Source: Malassezia furfur (taxonomy: Eukaryota). From it: 40,028 nt of DNA. The stretch is from assembly GCA_052055015.1 (NCBI GenBank), contig JBQJIT010000055.1. The stretch is one strand, 5' to 3'. A program made the position numbers and the translations under genes. Each line of letters begins with the position of its first letter. Position 1 is the stretch's first letter. The notes below the pieces were generated by a model that was not told where the DNA came from, made no database searches, and saw only the letters and a program-made list of their open reading frames with translations. Below are positions 1 to 11,100 of this stretch, piece by piece.

Positions 1-1
1 C

Positions 2-1129
2 AAGGTGCTCGCGAGCGTGCAGCGCGCCGACTTCCGCGAGCGCGACCTGCTCGTGCTGGTGCTGGAGCGCGTGCGCGATGCGGTGCCGCCGCCGCCGCCG
101 ACGTCGGTCACCGGCACGTACGACGAGGTGCCGTGGCTGCCGACGACCGCGACGCTGTTCGTGGCGCACTGCCTGCGCGCGGTGGCGCTGCCGCACCTCG
201 TGCTCTTCCCGACGCTGTTCCGTTTCCTGCTGCAGCGCCCGCGCCTCGACGTGCACGACGTGCCGCTGCTCTACAACCTGCTGCATACCGCCTCGGACCA
301 CCTGCACCACGAGCGCAGCTGGCTCCTGCGCTTCCTCGACGACGCGTTTGCCGCGCACGCGCACCTCGCCGATGCGCACACGCCCGACGCGCGCCGCCGC
401 ACACGCACCGACTGGCGCGTCTTCCAGCGGCGCCACGTGTGGGACCTCGTGCTCAGCCTGTACGACGCGCTCGCCGACAACGCCGCGGCCGCGCACCATG
501 CGAACGCCGCAGCGGACGCACGCGACCGCGCGCGCCTCGCATCCATCATCGCCCGCGCCGCGGCGCTGCCCTACCTCGCCACGACGCTCGTCGCGCGCCG
601 CGGCCTACTGCACTGGGCGTCGATGCGCGTCACGCGCGGCGACCGCGGCACCTACTGGCTGCAGCTCGTCGCGAGCATCGCGGGCACGCACCTCGCGCGC
701 GGCGCGCGCATCGCGCACCTCGACCACCTCGACGCGGCGCTGCAGGGCACGCTCGTGCTCACCGCACTCGATGTCGCGACGAACGCATGGCCCCAGGACG
801 CGCCCGACGCCGACGCGGTCGCTGCGGCGCTCGCGCTCGCGCACGCGCTCCTCGAGTACGCGGCGCTGCGTGGGCCTGCGTCGTTTGGCGCGCAAGAGGC
901 GCACGTCGCGACGCGCCTGCTGCATGCCCTCGCGCCGCACGTCCAGGGCGCCCAGCACACCGAGACGCTCGGCCAGTGTGTGCTGTACGCAGCGCAGCTG
1001 ACGCCCGCGCCGCACGACCGCGCGCTCGTTGCGCTGTTTGCGCGGCACCTCGACCTCGCGCTGCACGCACGCACCTATGCGCCGCGCGCGTGGGCGCTGC
1101 GCCGCCTCGTAGCCGCTTCACGTGCCTAG
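2..1129 (+). CDS. URB1: Nucleolar pre-ribosomal-associated protein Urb1/Npa1, C-terminal part (5'-partial, runs in from the window edge)
   Basis: Frame is open from base 2 to TAG at 1127-1129. Segment FLLQRPRLDVHDVPLLYNLLHTASDHLHHERSWLLRFLDD and FQRRHVWDLVLSLY resemble the NopRA1/URB1 C-terminal domain. Codons are strongly GC3-biased. Confidence 0.75.
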   Translation, partial: KVLASVQRADFRERDLLVLVLERVRDAVPPPPPTSVTGTYDEVPWLPTTATLFVAHCLRAVALPHLVLFPTLFRFLLQRPRLDVHDVPLLYNLLHTASDHLHHERSWLLRFLDDAFAAHAHLADAHTPDARRRTRTDWRVFQRRHVWDLVLSLYDALADNAAAAHHANAAADARDRARLASIIARAAALPYLATTLVARRGLLHWASMRVTRGDRGTYWLQLVASIAGTHLARGARIAHLDHLDAALQGTLVLTALDVATNAWPQDAPDADAVAAALALAHALLEYAALRGPASFGAQEAHVATRLLHALAPHVQGAQHTETLGQCVLYAAQLTPAPHDRALVALFARHLDLALHARTYAPRAWALRRLVAASRA

Positions 1130-1190
1130 CGGGCGTGCACGTAGGTAGACCTCCACACGCCCCCACCCCGCCTTCGTAACGCACGCCGGC

Positions 1191-3130
1191 ATGTCGGGCG
1201 CTGCGCGAGGACATGTGCCCGCGCGCCTGCGTGCGCTGCCGCGCGACCAGCTGGGGTGTGCGCACCTCGCAGACACGCCCAAGGACAAGATGGATGCGCT
1301 GCTCGAGCGGTACGCGGCTGCGCTGCGCTACGGCCGCCGTATTCTCGAAGGCGACCTGCGCCCCCACGACGCAACGGACGCCGAGGAGCCGCGGAGCAAG
1401 CGCTCGCGCCTCGAGTACCCGACGTGCGCCGTGTGTGGCATGGACCTGCGCCGCCCGTACGTGTGCCTGACGTGCGCGTACACGGCGTGCTTCTTCCGCG
1501 ACCCCATCACGGACGCCGCCGCCGCCGCCGCGTCGTCCGCCGGCGCGCACGAGCCTGCGGCGACAAACGGCACGGCGCACGCGCGCGACGGCACCGAGGT
1601 CGGCACGTCGCACATCGGCCTGCACCTCGCCGAGGAGGCACACCCGTTCGGTACGCCTGCACGCCCGCTTACCCAGCCTGCGACCTGGTGCACGGCACGC
1701 TGTTCTGCTCGGCGTGCGACGACGTGGTGTACGACCCGCGCTTTGAGTACGTGCGCCGCGTCGAGCAGCACCGTGCGCACGTGTACCGTGCGGACGAGGC
1801 CTCGCTCGACACCATGGCCGCACAGGATGCGCTGTGTACGTGGGAGAGACTGACGCAGCGCCGCAGGGCGAGCGCCTCGCCTCGGTGTGCCGCACGCCGC
1901 GCGGCCTGCGCAACATGGGCGCGACGTGTTTCCTGAATGTGATTCTGCAGTCGTTCCTGCACAACCCGCTGCTGCGCAACTACTTCCTGAGCGACCGGCA
2001 CAATGCGGCGCTGTGTGCGGTGGGCAAAGAGTGCCTCGCGTGCGAGATGGACAAGCTGTATGCCGAGGTACGTCGCCGTGCGTCTCACCCAGTTTTACGC
2101 GCGCCCGGACCACCGCGGCCCGTACGGCCCGACGTCGTTCCTGTACGCCATCTGGGTCGACAGCTCCTCGTCCGAGCTGTCGCAGACGGGGCAGCACGAC
2201 GCCCAGGAGATGTTTATTAGCGCGCTGAACGGCATCCACGGCGCGCTCACGCAGCACGCACACGAGCGCACGCAGCTCCCTGCGTTCCCACTCGACGTGC
2301 CCGACGCCAACAAGCAGCTGTACGAGCGCGCGGACCACCGCGCCAACGGGCAGCCCTACCTGGACCACGGCGCGGGGTGCCCGTGCGTGGTGCACCGCAC
2401 GTTCTGCGGCGTGCTACAGAGCAGCGTGACGTGCCTGCGGTGTGGCAAGGTGACGCACACGCGCGAGCCGTTCCTTGACCTGAGCCTCGACGTGCGCAGC
2501 GACGACGCGAGCGCCGGTGGCGTCGAGGACGCGGCGCTTGCGGCGCTCGCGAAGAAAAAGAAGCCCGGCAAAAAGGACGACAAGGGCGCCAAGCCGCGCG
2601 CAGGCACCGCCACGGCGACGCCCGAGCCGCGCGCACAGAGCCTGCACGCGTGCCTCGCGCGCTACTGCTCGCCCGAGCACCTCGGCGACGCGACGTACCG
2701 GTGCAGCGAGTGCCAGAACAGCGCGCGCGCCGTCAAGCAGCTCGCGCTGCTCACGCTGCCGCCTGTGCTGTGCATCCAGCTGAAGCGCTACGAGCACGCG
2801 GCCGCCGCGACCAAGGTCGACAGCCGCGTGCAGTTCCCGCTCGCGATCGACGTGCGCGACTGCTGCGTGGAGGAGGACGAGGAGCGCGAGCCGGCGCGCG
2901 ATCCGACCGCGTACGTGTACGACCTGTTCACCGTCGTCGTCCACGAGGGCTCGCTCACCTCGGGGCACTACACCAACTACTCGCGCTGGAAGCAGCAATG
3001 GTACCGCTTCGACGACGACAAGGTCACCCCGGCGTCCGTCGCACAGGTGCTCAATGCCAAGGCGTACCAGCTGTTCTACCTGCGGCGCAGCCTGTACAAC
3101 CAGGCGAGCCATGGACTGCATGCATCATAG
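1191..3130 (+). CDS. UBP8: SAGA deubiquitinase Ubp8/USP22 (zf-UBP + USP domain), 4 exons, 621 aa
   Basis: Exons 1191-1650, 1677-1835, 1859-2067, 2093-3130; introns of 26, 23 and 25 nt (GTACG..CTNAC.CAG) join the ORF-track pieces in frame. Zn-finger Cys/His pattern, Cys box GLRNMGATCFLN, QHDAQE and His box HEGSLTSGHY. Confidence 0.9.
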
Positions 3131-3189
3131 TGTCTCGTGGGAAGGTAGCTATCTAGCTAGAAGGGAGGAGGGGCGTTGCCATGCGCCGC

Positions 3190-4956
3190 CTACGACAGCC
3201 GTACGGGCTCCTGCGGGATCGGCTCGTGCGCAATCCACCGCGCAATGCGGTCGATCGTCTGGGTGCGCTCCGGCTCGAACCAGGAAAACATGGGGAATAC
3301 GTGCACGGCGTCCTTGACCTCGTCAAGCACCACCTCGCGCTCCTCCAGCGGGCACGCATCGCGCGCCGCAAAGTAGTCCGTGCTGTTGTGCAGGTGCGCC
3401 ACACGGTGCGAGCGGGGATAGCAGTCGCGCCAGACAAACTGCTCCGGCGCCTGTCCCGCGCTGATTCGGTCGCCGACGTACTCGGGGATGCCGTGCACGG
3501 TGCCCTGCGCGAGGCGGTGCGCGAGCGTGAGGTGCTGCTCGGTGTTGAGCTCCGCGCTGCCCGTCACAATGTAGGTGCGCTTCGGGAAGCCCGAAAAGCC
3601 CCAGTGCGGCGGCCGCCCGCCGCGCTCGCTGTCGAGCTGCAGCGACACGGGCGAAATGTACGGGTTCAGGTACGTCTCGCTCGCGGGGAGGCGCCCCAGG
3701 AACGCGCACACCGACGTGTTGCGGTACATGATCGACGAGTCGATAATGTCGCTATCGCGGTTCAGCACGGTCGTCGAGAACGCATTGGGCGCCTGGATCG
3801 GGCCACTGTGCGAGCGCGACACGTCGCTCCACGGGGAGATAAGCAACAGCGAGCCGGGCATCCCCGCGACCCGCTCGTCGCGCAGGTACCGACACAGCGC
3901 CAGCGCCAGGTTCCCGCCCGAGCTGTCGCCGGACAGCAAAATGTTTTCCGGCGCAAAGCCGCAATAGCGCGTCAAATACAGGTAGCCCACCAGCGCATCC
4001 ACCAGTGCCGCCGGATAGCTGCGCTTGGGGTGGTCGTGGTCCGCAAGGCGATACTCGAGCGCAAACAGGCGCCGCGGTACGTCGCCCTTGCACTTGGTCA
4101 GCCGCGCAAGCAGCTGCCGGTCCATGCCGGCATTGGGGCTGCTCTCATGCGCACTGCCCATCCAGTACGCACCGCCATGCAGATAGTAGATCACCTGCTC
4201 ATTGGGCTGTGCCGGCGTCGTGCAGTGCAGGTCGCTCTTGGGTGCAAAGTACCAGTATCCACAGATGCGCTCCAGTGCCACCTCCTGCATCGCCATTGCG
4301 CGCAGGAGCTCGCCGCGGAAGTCGGGGCTCTGTACAAGGTTGTCCGACGACGGCGCTGGGCGCAGAAAGCGAGCCGGCTCGATCCAGGTAAACTCACTGT
4401 GCTTCAGCTTCGGCTCGTGCTTCGGTGCTTTTTTGGTGAGGATGACGTGCGTCTTGCACGCATAGCTGATGCACCGACGCAGGAAAATAATGGTGATGCT
4501 CCGCAGCCACGACCACGACGGACGGCCACGCTGGCTGCGCGGAATGGTTCGGATCGCCTGCCACGGCAGGAACACGAACGCAGTGACCAGGATAAAGAAC
4601 ACGGTATACAGCGCCTTGAGCGGCTGGTGCACCCACATGGGGGGTTCCTGATTAAACTCGGACGAGCGGCCATGGCCCTGGTTGGGGAAATTGATCGAGG
4701 GGAGGAACCGGGGAAGATGATGCGGGAACAGGTTCGTGCCGACTCGGGGAAAAACGGTGGGGGCGTGGAATATAGTATGGTACACAGAGGTAGGTGTCTT
4801 TTCGTGGGACTCGGACGACCGATGCTCAACAAAGGTGTCTGTCAGGTCCGCACCATCCACACCCTTATCGTGCGGACGATCGCTCGAGCCATCTTCTGAT
4901 ACAAGTAGCGTAGGCTCGCGTGAGTCAAAAAAGGTAGACCCGAGCCCTTTCTTCAT
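3190..4956 (-). CDS. Alpha/beta-hydrolase of the hormone-sensitive-lipase family (esterase/lipase, Say1-like), 588 aa
   Basis: YYLHGGAY oxyanion motif, nucleophile elbow GDSSGG, LLLISPW, C-terminal His motif DAVHVF, and an N-terminal hydrophobic segment VFFILVTAFVFLPW. The first in-frame ATG is at 4956; the ORF-track start 4971 is GTG. Confidence 0.85.
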   Translation of the reverse strand: MKKGLGSTFFDSREPTLLVSEDGSSDRPHDKGVDGADLTDTFVEHRSSESHEKTPTSVYHTIFHAPTVFPRVGTNLFPHHLPRFLPSINFPNQGHGRSSEFNQEPPMWVHQPLKALYTVFFILVTAFVFLPWQAIRTIPRSQRGRPSWSWLRSITIIFLRRCISYACKTHVILTKKAPKHEPKLKHSEFTWIEPARFLRPAPSSDNLVQSPDFRGELLRAMAMQEVALERICGYWYFAPKSDLHCTTPAQPNEQVIYYLHGGAYWMGSAHESSPNAGMDRQLLARLTKCKGDVPRRLFALEYRLADHDHPKRSYPAALVDALVGYLYLTRYCGFAPENILLSGDSSGGNLALALCRYLRDERVAGMPGSLLLISPWSDVSRSHSGPIQAPNAFSTTVLNRDSDIIDSSIMYRNTSVCAFLGRLPASETYLNPYISPVSLQLDSERGGRPPHWGFSGFPKRTYIVTGSAELNTEQHLTLAHRLAQGTVHGIPEYVGDRISAGQAPEQFVWRDCYPRSHRVAHLHNSTDYFAARDACPLEEREVVLDEVKDAVHVFPMFSWFEPERTQTIDRIARWIAHEPIPQEPVRLS

Positions 4957-5150
4957 GCTGTGCGCATTCACACCACAAATTCTTGGCTAAACAATCGACG
5001 CGGAATTGAGAGCCACTGCGCGTGTTACGGGCTTGGCAAGTGGGCCGACTTGTGCACGAGTTGCTTAATCTACCTAGGGCACGCCTTGGCAGCGCCCGTC
5101 ATTCGGCCGGCAACCCTAAAATATCCATGTGGCGTGTTGCGAGGCACATT

Positions 5151-6136
5151 TTATAGGTCCGCTACCAAAGGTGGAGGTTCAAGCACCGCCTCGTCCCAGG
5201 GGCCACGCAGCTCATGCTTCCAGCGTTGCGCGTAGCGCATCCATGCAGGACACAGCACACTCACAAAGACGATCCCACTGGGGACCAACACATAGGCCAG
5301 CAGCGCATGCAGGGGGTATAGGGCATACAGACACGCGCCCGCTAGCAGCACCGTGAGCGGCACCGCCGCACGCGGCACACCCGGTGCCTTGGCGGCCGCG
5401 TAGCGCGCGCCATACGCAAGGTAGATGCGCTGGCGTAGCAGTGGAAAGATGGCAAAAAGCTGCAGCGCCGTGAGCAGCAGTGCAAACACGTCAATGTCCC
5501 ACGTCAGCCGACTCGACAGCACCACACTCGCACACATCGCCAGGTTCAGGCTCAGCGTCGAGGACAGCAGCGTATGCGACGGCGTCACCATGTCATAGTT
5601 TGCCAATGCAAGGTGTGCACCAAAAAGGATCGCAGAAAAGGCCCAGATGCTATCGCTCGTCGTCGCCTCGCTGAGCGTGCGCAGCACGGGCGAGAGTGCA
5701 TGCAAGATCAACGCCAGCACGCCAAAGCTCGGTAGGCTCAGTCGCAGGGATGGCTGCTGTACGGATGCTCGGCCGGGGATCCCGCAGCATGCCAACAGCA
5801 GCGTGCACACCAAGCTACCGGCGACCAACGTGGGCGCCAACAGGGTGCCCTGGTATACATGCACAAACAGGGCCACGAACAGCAGGACCATTAGGATCTG
5901 CTGTACAATCCCCAATGACGACAGCACAATCGTGCCAAATTCGGGGAATGCGGCCGTCGCTGTGGGTCAGTGCGCGCGGCACACGTACCATTCGTGCGAA
6001 GCTCGCTCAAAAACGATGCGTCCACGTGGTTGTCCGGATACGGTTGTGCCTTCCAGAGCAATTTTTGCCAGGGCGGCCCCACTTCCTCAGTGCGGACCGG
6101 CTCCGGACCCGAAGAGGCGCCCGCCGCAATGCTCAT
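5151..6136 (-). CDS. GPI2: GPI-GlcNAc transferase subunit Gpi2/PIG-C, 2 exons, 318 aa
   Basis: Exons 6136-5989 and 5959-5151; 29-nt intron 5960-5988 (GTACGT..CTGACCCACAG). Motifs WQKLLWKAQPYPDNHVD, LSPVLRTLSEATTSDSIWA, LSLNLAMCASVVLSSRL and KHELRGPWDEA. Confidence 0.9.
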
Positions 6137-6576
6137 GGGCGCATACCGTTGGCGCTACGGACAAAAGCAACGGGGAAAGCGACCAAATCTCCGATGCCCT
6201 GCGTCGAGGTAACTCCTCTGTGGAGGAAGCGAGATTTCAAAATCGGGGGACGAGGTACATTCACACTTCTCCGCGCGCACAAGCGCAGCGCAGCGCATGG
6301 CTTGGTGGGGCGCAGGCGACGGGGGGGCGCAAGCGGCGTCCATCCATTGGGACTGGTCATTCGGGCCAAAATCCCGTAGTGATTACATAATAACATCGGC
6401 AGGGGGGCGCCACGCAGGTCCCTTTCCGCATTCTGCACGCCAGTCGCGGACCGCGTCGGTTGCGTACGCAACACGGGTCCCATCGGACTCGGTAATTAGC
6501 GAATTTGCCACCTACTCCACCGCACGGTAACATTTTGGCCGCCGTTAATCTGAACCCGTTGGATTAGGTATCGACA

Positions 6577-8462
6577 ATGACGAGCGCGACTCAGGGTCCA
6601 ATACCTATTGCCAGGGGTGGCGACGGCATCCAGAATGGAAACAGTGAGTCAACCGCGCCAACTAGGTTCGGTGCAAGTGCCGGAGCGGGAAGTTATCTGG
6701 GAATGAGCGGCAGCCTTGGCGGCAGCAGCAGCTTCAAGGAGTCGATGGCGCTCTCGTTCGGCAAGGACGTGGCCGAGTACGTACTGCATCAGCATGCACG
6801 CACATACTAACACCTCGAAGCCTGCTCGAGTACTCGATTGGGCGATTCTCGTCGTCAACCGACTCGGATGCCACAGTGGCGGCGCCGTCGTCTGTGCGGC
6901 TAGAGTCCACCTTTTGCCGCAACTTTACCTGCTGCGGACGCGGCCTAGACGATCTGCACGATCTGCTGCAGCACTACGAAGAGTGCCATGTGCGGTTTGA
7001 GGACGAGGACGAGGACGAGATGCAGTCGATCATTACCGACGAGGAGCTCGAGACCACGAGTATGGGCTCGGATGCACCGGGGACCGCTACGGCGGCGACG
7101 GCATCGCCGCTCGCGAGCCCTGCAAGCACCAAGGCGCACGCGGGCGTCGACCGCGTCGCAGAACTCAAGCGTGGGCGCCCTGTCAACGACTCTACCACTC
7201 CCATGATGGTCACCGCCGCCGAAGACCTCGACTCCCCGAGCGCGTTCGACACGGCAGTCATGCGTTCGCCATCGACGAGCCGGGGCAAAAAGCGCGCGTT
7301 TGGTCAGCCTGGCATGGCGGCCGGCAGCGCAGCCAACCCGCTGTACCGCGCACTTGTGGACGGCGGCATGACGCGCCATCCGTTCGGAGTGAACAACATC
7401 TACTCGCCGTCATCGCCCTTTTCGACGCCGGGAAGCTCGCGTGCGGGTACGCCGTCCCTGGACTCGGATAGCGAGACGTTCTTTGGATCAAGCACGCAGC
7501 CGAGCGTCTTTTCCAACTTGTCGATCCGCGGAAACAACGCAGACGACCATCAGCTTCCATCGTGTGCGCCGCCGAACCTCTTCTTCCCTTCGGCGGCCGC
7601 CAACACCTCGAACCGGCCTGCGAAGCGCGAGCGCTTCAACTCGAACACGAGCAGTGCCGCGCCAAGTACCACCAGTTCCGCATCCAACGCAACAAGCAAC
7701 GCGTCGCCTTTGCCGACCGACACAAGCGCCGGCGAGCACCGGCCTTACAAGTGCCCTGCGCCCGGCTGCGACAAGACGTACAAGCAGATGAATGGTTTGA
7801 AATACCACCGCTTGCACGGTCACTGCAATCAGAACCTCCGCAACACAAACAACAATTTGGTTATGCAATCCAATGATGCCACATCCACCGTTTCACGACC
7901 CAGCACACCGGTCAAGGACAACGACGGCAACGCATCCATGGCGACTGATACACAAGCCTCGGCGCCGAATGCGCCCGACTTGGCTGCGTTTGGCATCCAC
8001 AGCACAGCGGGGCCGACCAGCGGCGACGCGCAGCAGCCCCGTGACGCTCCGGCGACGCCCACGAAAGCCAACAACGGCTCGGGCCAGTTGGAGAAGACGT
8101 ATGTCTGCCAGGTGGGCAACTGCGACAAGCGATACAAGAACCTGAACGGTTTACGCTACCACTACTTGCACTCGGGCTCCCACGGCTTACTGGGTCTGCA
8201 GCTACTGCACGCCAACGGCGGCGGTGCCAGTGCCAAGGCCGACAGCGTCAGCGGACGCCCGCCCGTGTCCACCGAGACACTCTCGCGCGAGCAGATTGTG
8301 CAGGCGGCCGCCGCTGCACAGGCGCTGCTCAGCCAGCAGGCGCAAGCTCAGTGCGCCAAAAATGCTTCGTCTACGCCAGGCACGCAGCCGAACTCGGCGT
8401 CGTTTTTGGCGGCATTGGGCAACGGCAATCTCTCGCTCACCAGCGGTGGGCAGCCGCGGTAA
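6577..8462 (+). CDS. SFP1: Sfp1-like split C2H2 zinc-finger transcription factor, 2 exons, 613 aa
   Basis: Exons 6577-6776 and 6821-8462; 44-nt intron 6777-6820 (GTACGT..CTAAC..AAG). Motifs LESTFCRNFTCCGRGLDDLHDLLQHYEECH, RPYKCPAPGCDKTYKQMNGLKYHRLHGH and CQVGNCDKRYKNLNGLRYH. Confidence 0.85.
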
Positions 8463-8643
8463 GGTTCTTGGTTCTGTTTTTCATGTATCGACGAGGACTC
8501 CCTGCGGGACGACCAGTTGTAAATCGGTGCGCGGTTGTTTCGTTGCACGATGATATTCGCGCCTCTTGTACTTTCTAGATATAGGTTTTTTGTAAGTCTC
8601 GTAATTTGGACGACCAACGGTTCTACTTGTGGCTATTCGAGAC

Positions 8644-9224
8644 TTAGAACTTGATCGGGAGGATCTCGACCCAGTAGTTGTCTGCGTGTCAGCGGTGTGG
8701 GGAACGTACCAGGGTCCAACAGGAAGGCTGTCGTGTGAGTCGCCTGCGATGAGTCCACGTACCGATCGAGCGCATCTTGCCATCTGTGGTAAGCCAAAAT
8801 GGTACGTACCAGTCAGACGCTTCTGGAAGCGCACACCCAGGCGCTCAAAGCGCGCGCACGCCTCTTCCACGTTCTCGACCGAGATACCAATGTGGCCGTA
8901 GCCCTGCGGCTTGTCGTTGCCGTTGTGGTAGTGGAAGTCGGGGTCGTTCTCGGTGCCATGGTTGTGCGTCAGCTCCAGCAGACCCTCGCGCTCGCCACGC
9001 TTGCCGGTCTGGTGCTCGTAGCCCAAGAAGTACAGCGTGAAGCCGTCGTTCTTCATGGTGTCAATCAGCGTCATGCCCAGCACGTTTTGGTAGAAGTCGA
9101 GCGACTTCTGCGGATCCTTGACACGGACCATCGTGCTGCGTGAGCAATTCATGCGTACTGGTTCAGGCGGAAACTGGCGGTCTCTAACGGTAAACTAGCT
9201 TCACATACCTGGCGTCGTAGGCAT
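8644..9224 (-). CDS. GLO1: Glyoxalase I (lactoylglutathione lyase), single-domain, 6 exons, 147 aa
   Basis: Exons 9224-9209, 9183-9159, 9135-8810, 8783-8763, 8727-8710, 8681-8644; introns 25, 23, 26, 35 and 28 nt. The spliced product [22 protein letters not shown]...[11 protein letters not shown]...GYGHIG...[25 protein letters not shown] carries all four metal ligands (H, E, H, E). Confidence 0.92.
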
Positions 9225-9469
9225 GGTGGTAATGGAAGACGACGACGCCCGAGCTCGGGCCATGCCCGTGACCCGCGAGCGCCCACCCTGACTACCCAAA
9301 ATTCGCGCACGTGAGCCACGTGGGGCCCACGACCGAGCGTAGCCGCGCACGCCATGGACACCATGCTACCAAAGAAGCGTACACACTAGGATTTTGGTCG
9401 TGAAAACGGACCGGCACCCGGCACCACAAAGGTATTCAGAACCCATAGCACGCGATTCCTTTCGATAAT

Positions 9470-10918
9470 CTACCGCTGAGCCTCCGGTTCCACCGCCGCG
9501 TCGGTCACTGGGTTGCCCGAACCCTGCTCCGTCGTGAGAGACATGTTCTTCATGCCATCCACGGGCGCGGCCGAGGCAGCTTGTTTCTTCGACTTCCGAG
9601 ACGGCTTGTAAGGCACACCTGCCGCGGCCGCGTTCGCAGCCGCCTCCTCTTCCGTCTCTGCGAGACCGCCCTCGGACTTGAGAATGAACGGAGCCATGCG
9701 GGGGTTCACTGCGTTAGTTATCCATACATACCCTTCTTCTCCTTCTTCTTGGTCTCCTTCGGCTCGTCCTCGGGGTAGGCAAGTGCCTTCACTTTGCGGA
9801 AGTCCTCGCTGGACGTATACATCTCCTGCACAGGCTCCAGCAACGAGATGAGCGCCTGCGTCACCGCCGTCTTCAGGTCCTGCGGGTGCACTTTTTGCGC
9901 CTTGAAGTCTTCCACGAGTGAGGCGTAGTTGTTGTAGTGCACCGTGCCTCCGTACTTTTCCGGACGAACGATGCTAAACAGCGTTTCCGCGGGCGCATCG
10001 CTCGGAATGAGCGGACGCACCCAGTGCGAATCGAGCTCGACGCCCATGCTCTTAGCATCGTTGCGCAGGCGCATGATCGGCATCAACACGGAGCCCACAA
10101 AGGCAATCACACCGTTGTTCTCAATCTCGCCCGGCATGCAGTAAGCACCCTTGATCTTGCGCTTAATATCCGCAGGCGAATCCAAGAAGTCGATCTTGGA
10201 GTCCACATCAGACGACGACATCTTGGCGCCGTTCATGCCCGGCACCATGGGGTTCATCAAGTGTGCGCGCTTCATGTAGCCAAGCTTCGGCAAGTACTGT
10301 TCAGCGAACGTGAAAATCTTGCGCTGGTCCACACCACCGAACTGGAAATCCACATCGAGGTACTGCTCGTCCAGCGCCTGCAGGCCGGGGTAGAGCAAAC
10401 CGCTTAGCAGCGGGCTCTCGACCTGCTTCACGACTTCGGCGCCCGCCTTCTTCGCGTCACGCTCCGTCACCATCGCAGCAAGACGGTAGGTATCAAAGTT
10501 GTACTTCTCCGAAAGCTGGTAGGAGGATCCCAACACGAAGTTGAGGCGGTCGGTCGGCACGCCGATGGCCTTCATCACCGCGACCAGAATGTGCTGGTAG
10601 TAGTCAGCACGGTGCTTGACCAGCTCGATCGGTGCCTTCATATTGTCAAGGAACGCGTGGATGTCTGTGTCAGCACAATTACCTACCAGCCAAAAGCACC
10701 TTGACATTCACGCCCGCGCGCAAGAAGTCGGCGAGCTTCGTGAGCGGCACAAGATAGCCGACGTGGGGACGGCCCGTGGGAGCGGTACCCCAGTAGCACT
10801 TAACAGGGCGCTCATTCTCCTGGAGAATCTTCAAAATGGTCTCTCCACCGAGAACCTCATCGAGATCACGCGTAAGGAGGTGGTAGCGGAAGTCCGCCGT
10901 GAGCTCCTCGGAAGACAT
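9470..10918 (-). CDS. TYS1: Cytoplasmic tyrosyl-tRNA synthetase, 3 exons, 467 aa
   Basis: Exons 10918-10687, 10664-9732, 9708-9470; introns 22 nt (10665-10686) and 23 nt (9709-9731). [14 protein letters not shown] (HIGH), [15 protein letters not shown] across the splice junction, [11 protein letters not shown] and KMSSS. Confidence 0.93.
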
Positions 10919-11100
10919 CGTGACAAAATGTGTGGGAGTCAGAATAATCCGTTGCGATTATGTCAGCGCGTGGGAAGGATGCGGTGCCTGACGCGAGCGC
11001 GACGGGCCGTGTCGAGGAAGCCGTGCTGAACGGGACGCTTCAGACCTTTACCGGAAGGAACTACGTATCGTGAAAAGCGGGTATACAGATCGAACGCAAT

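Noticed and set aside
1191..3130. Apparent frameshifted pseudogenes or programmed frameshifts (UBP8; also NUP85, GST, GLO1, FOL2, TYS1)
   Set aside because: Every frame change coincides with a GT..branch..AG segment whose removal restores conserved motifs, so these are introns.
3461..3481. Possible in-frame 21-nt intron in the esterase (minus strand GTACGT...AATCAG)
   Set aside because: No CTNAC branch motif, and the frame is open without splicing. It cannot be supported without RNA data.
3181..4899. 572-aa + strand ORF antisense to the esterase
   Set aside because: No recognisable motifs. It mirrors a GC3-biased gene, where antisense frames are naturally stop-poor.
9247..9260. Perfect 14-bp palindrome GCCCGAGCTCGGGC just upstream of GLO1
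   Set aside because: Single GC-rich instance; one such palindrome in 40 kb of high-GC DNA is unsurprising.
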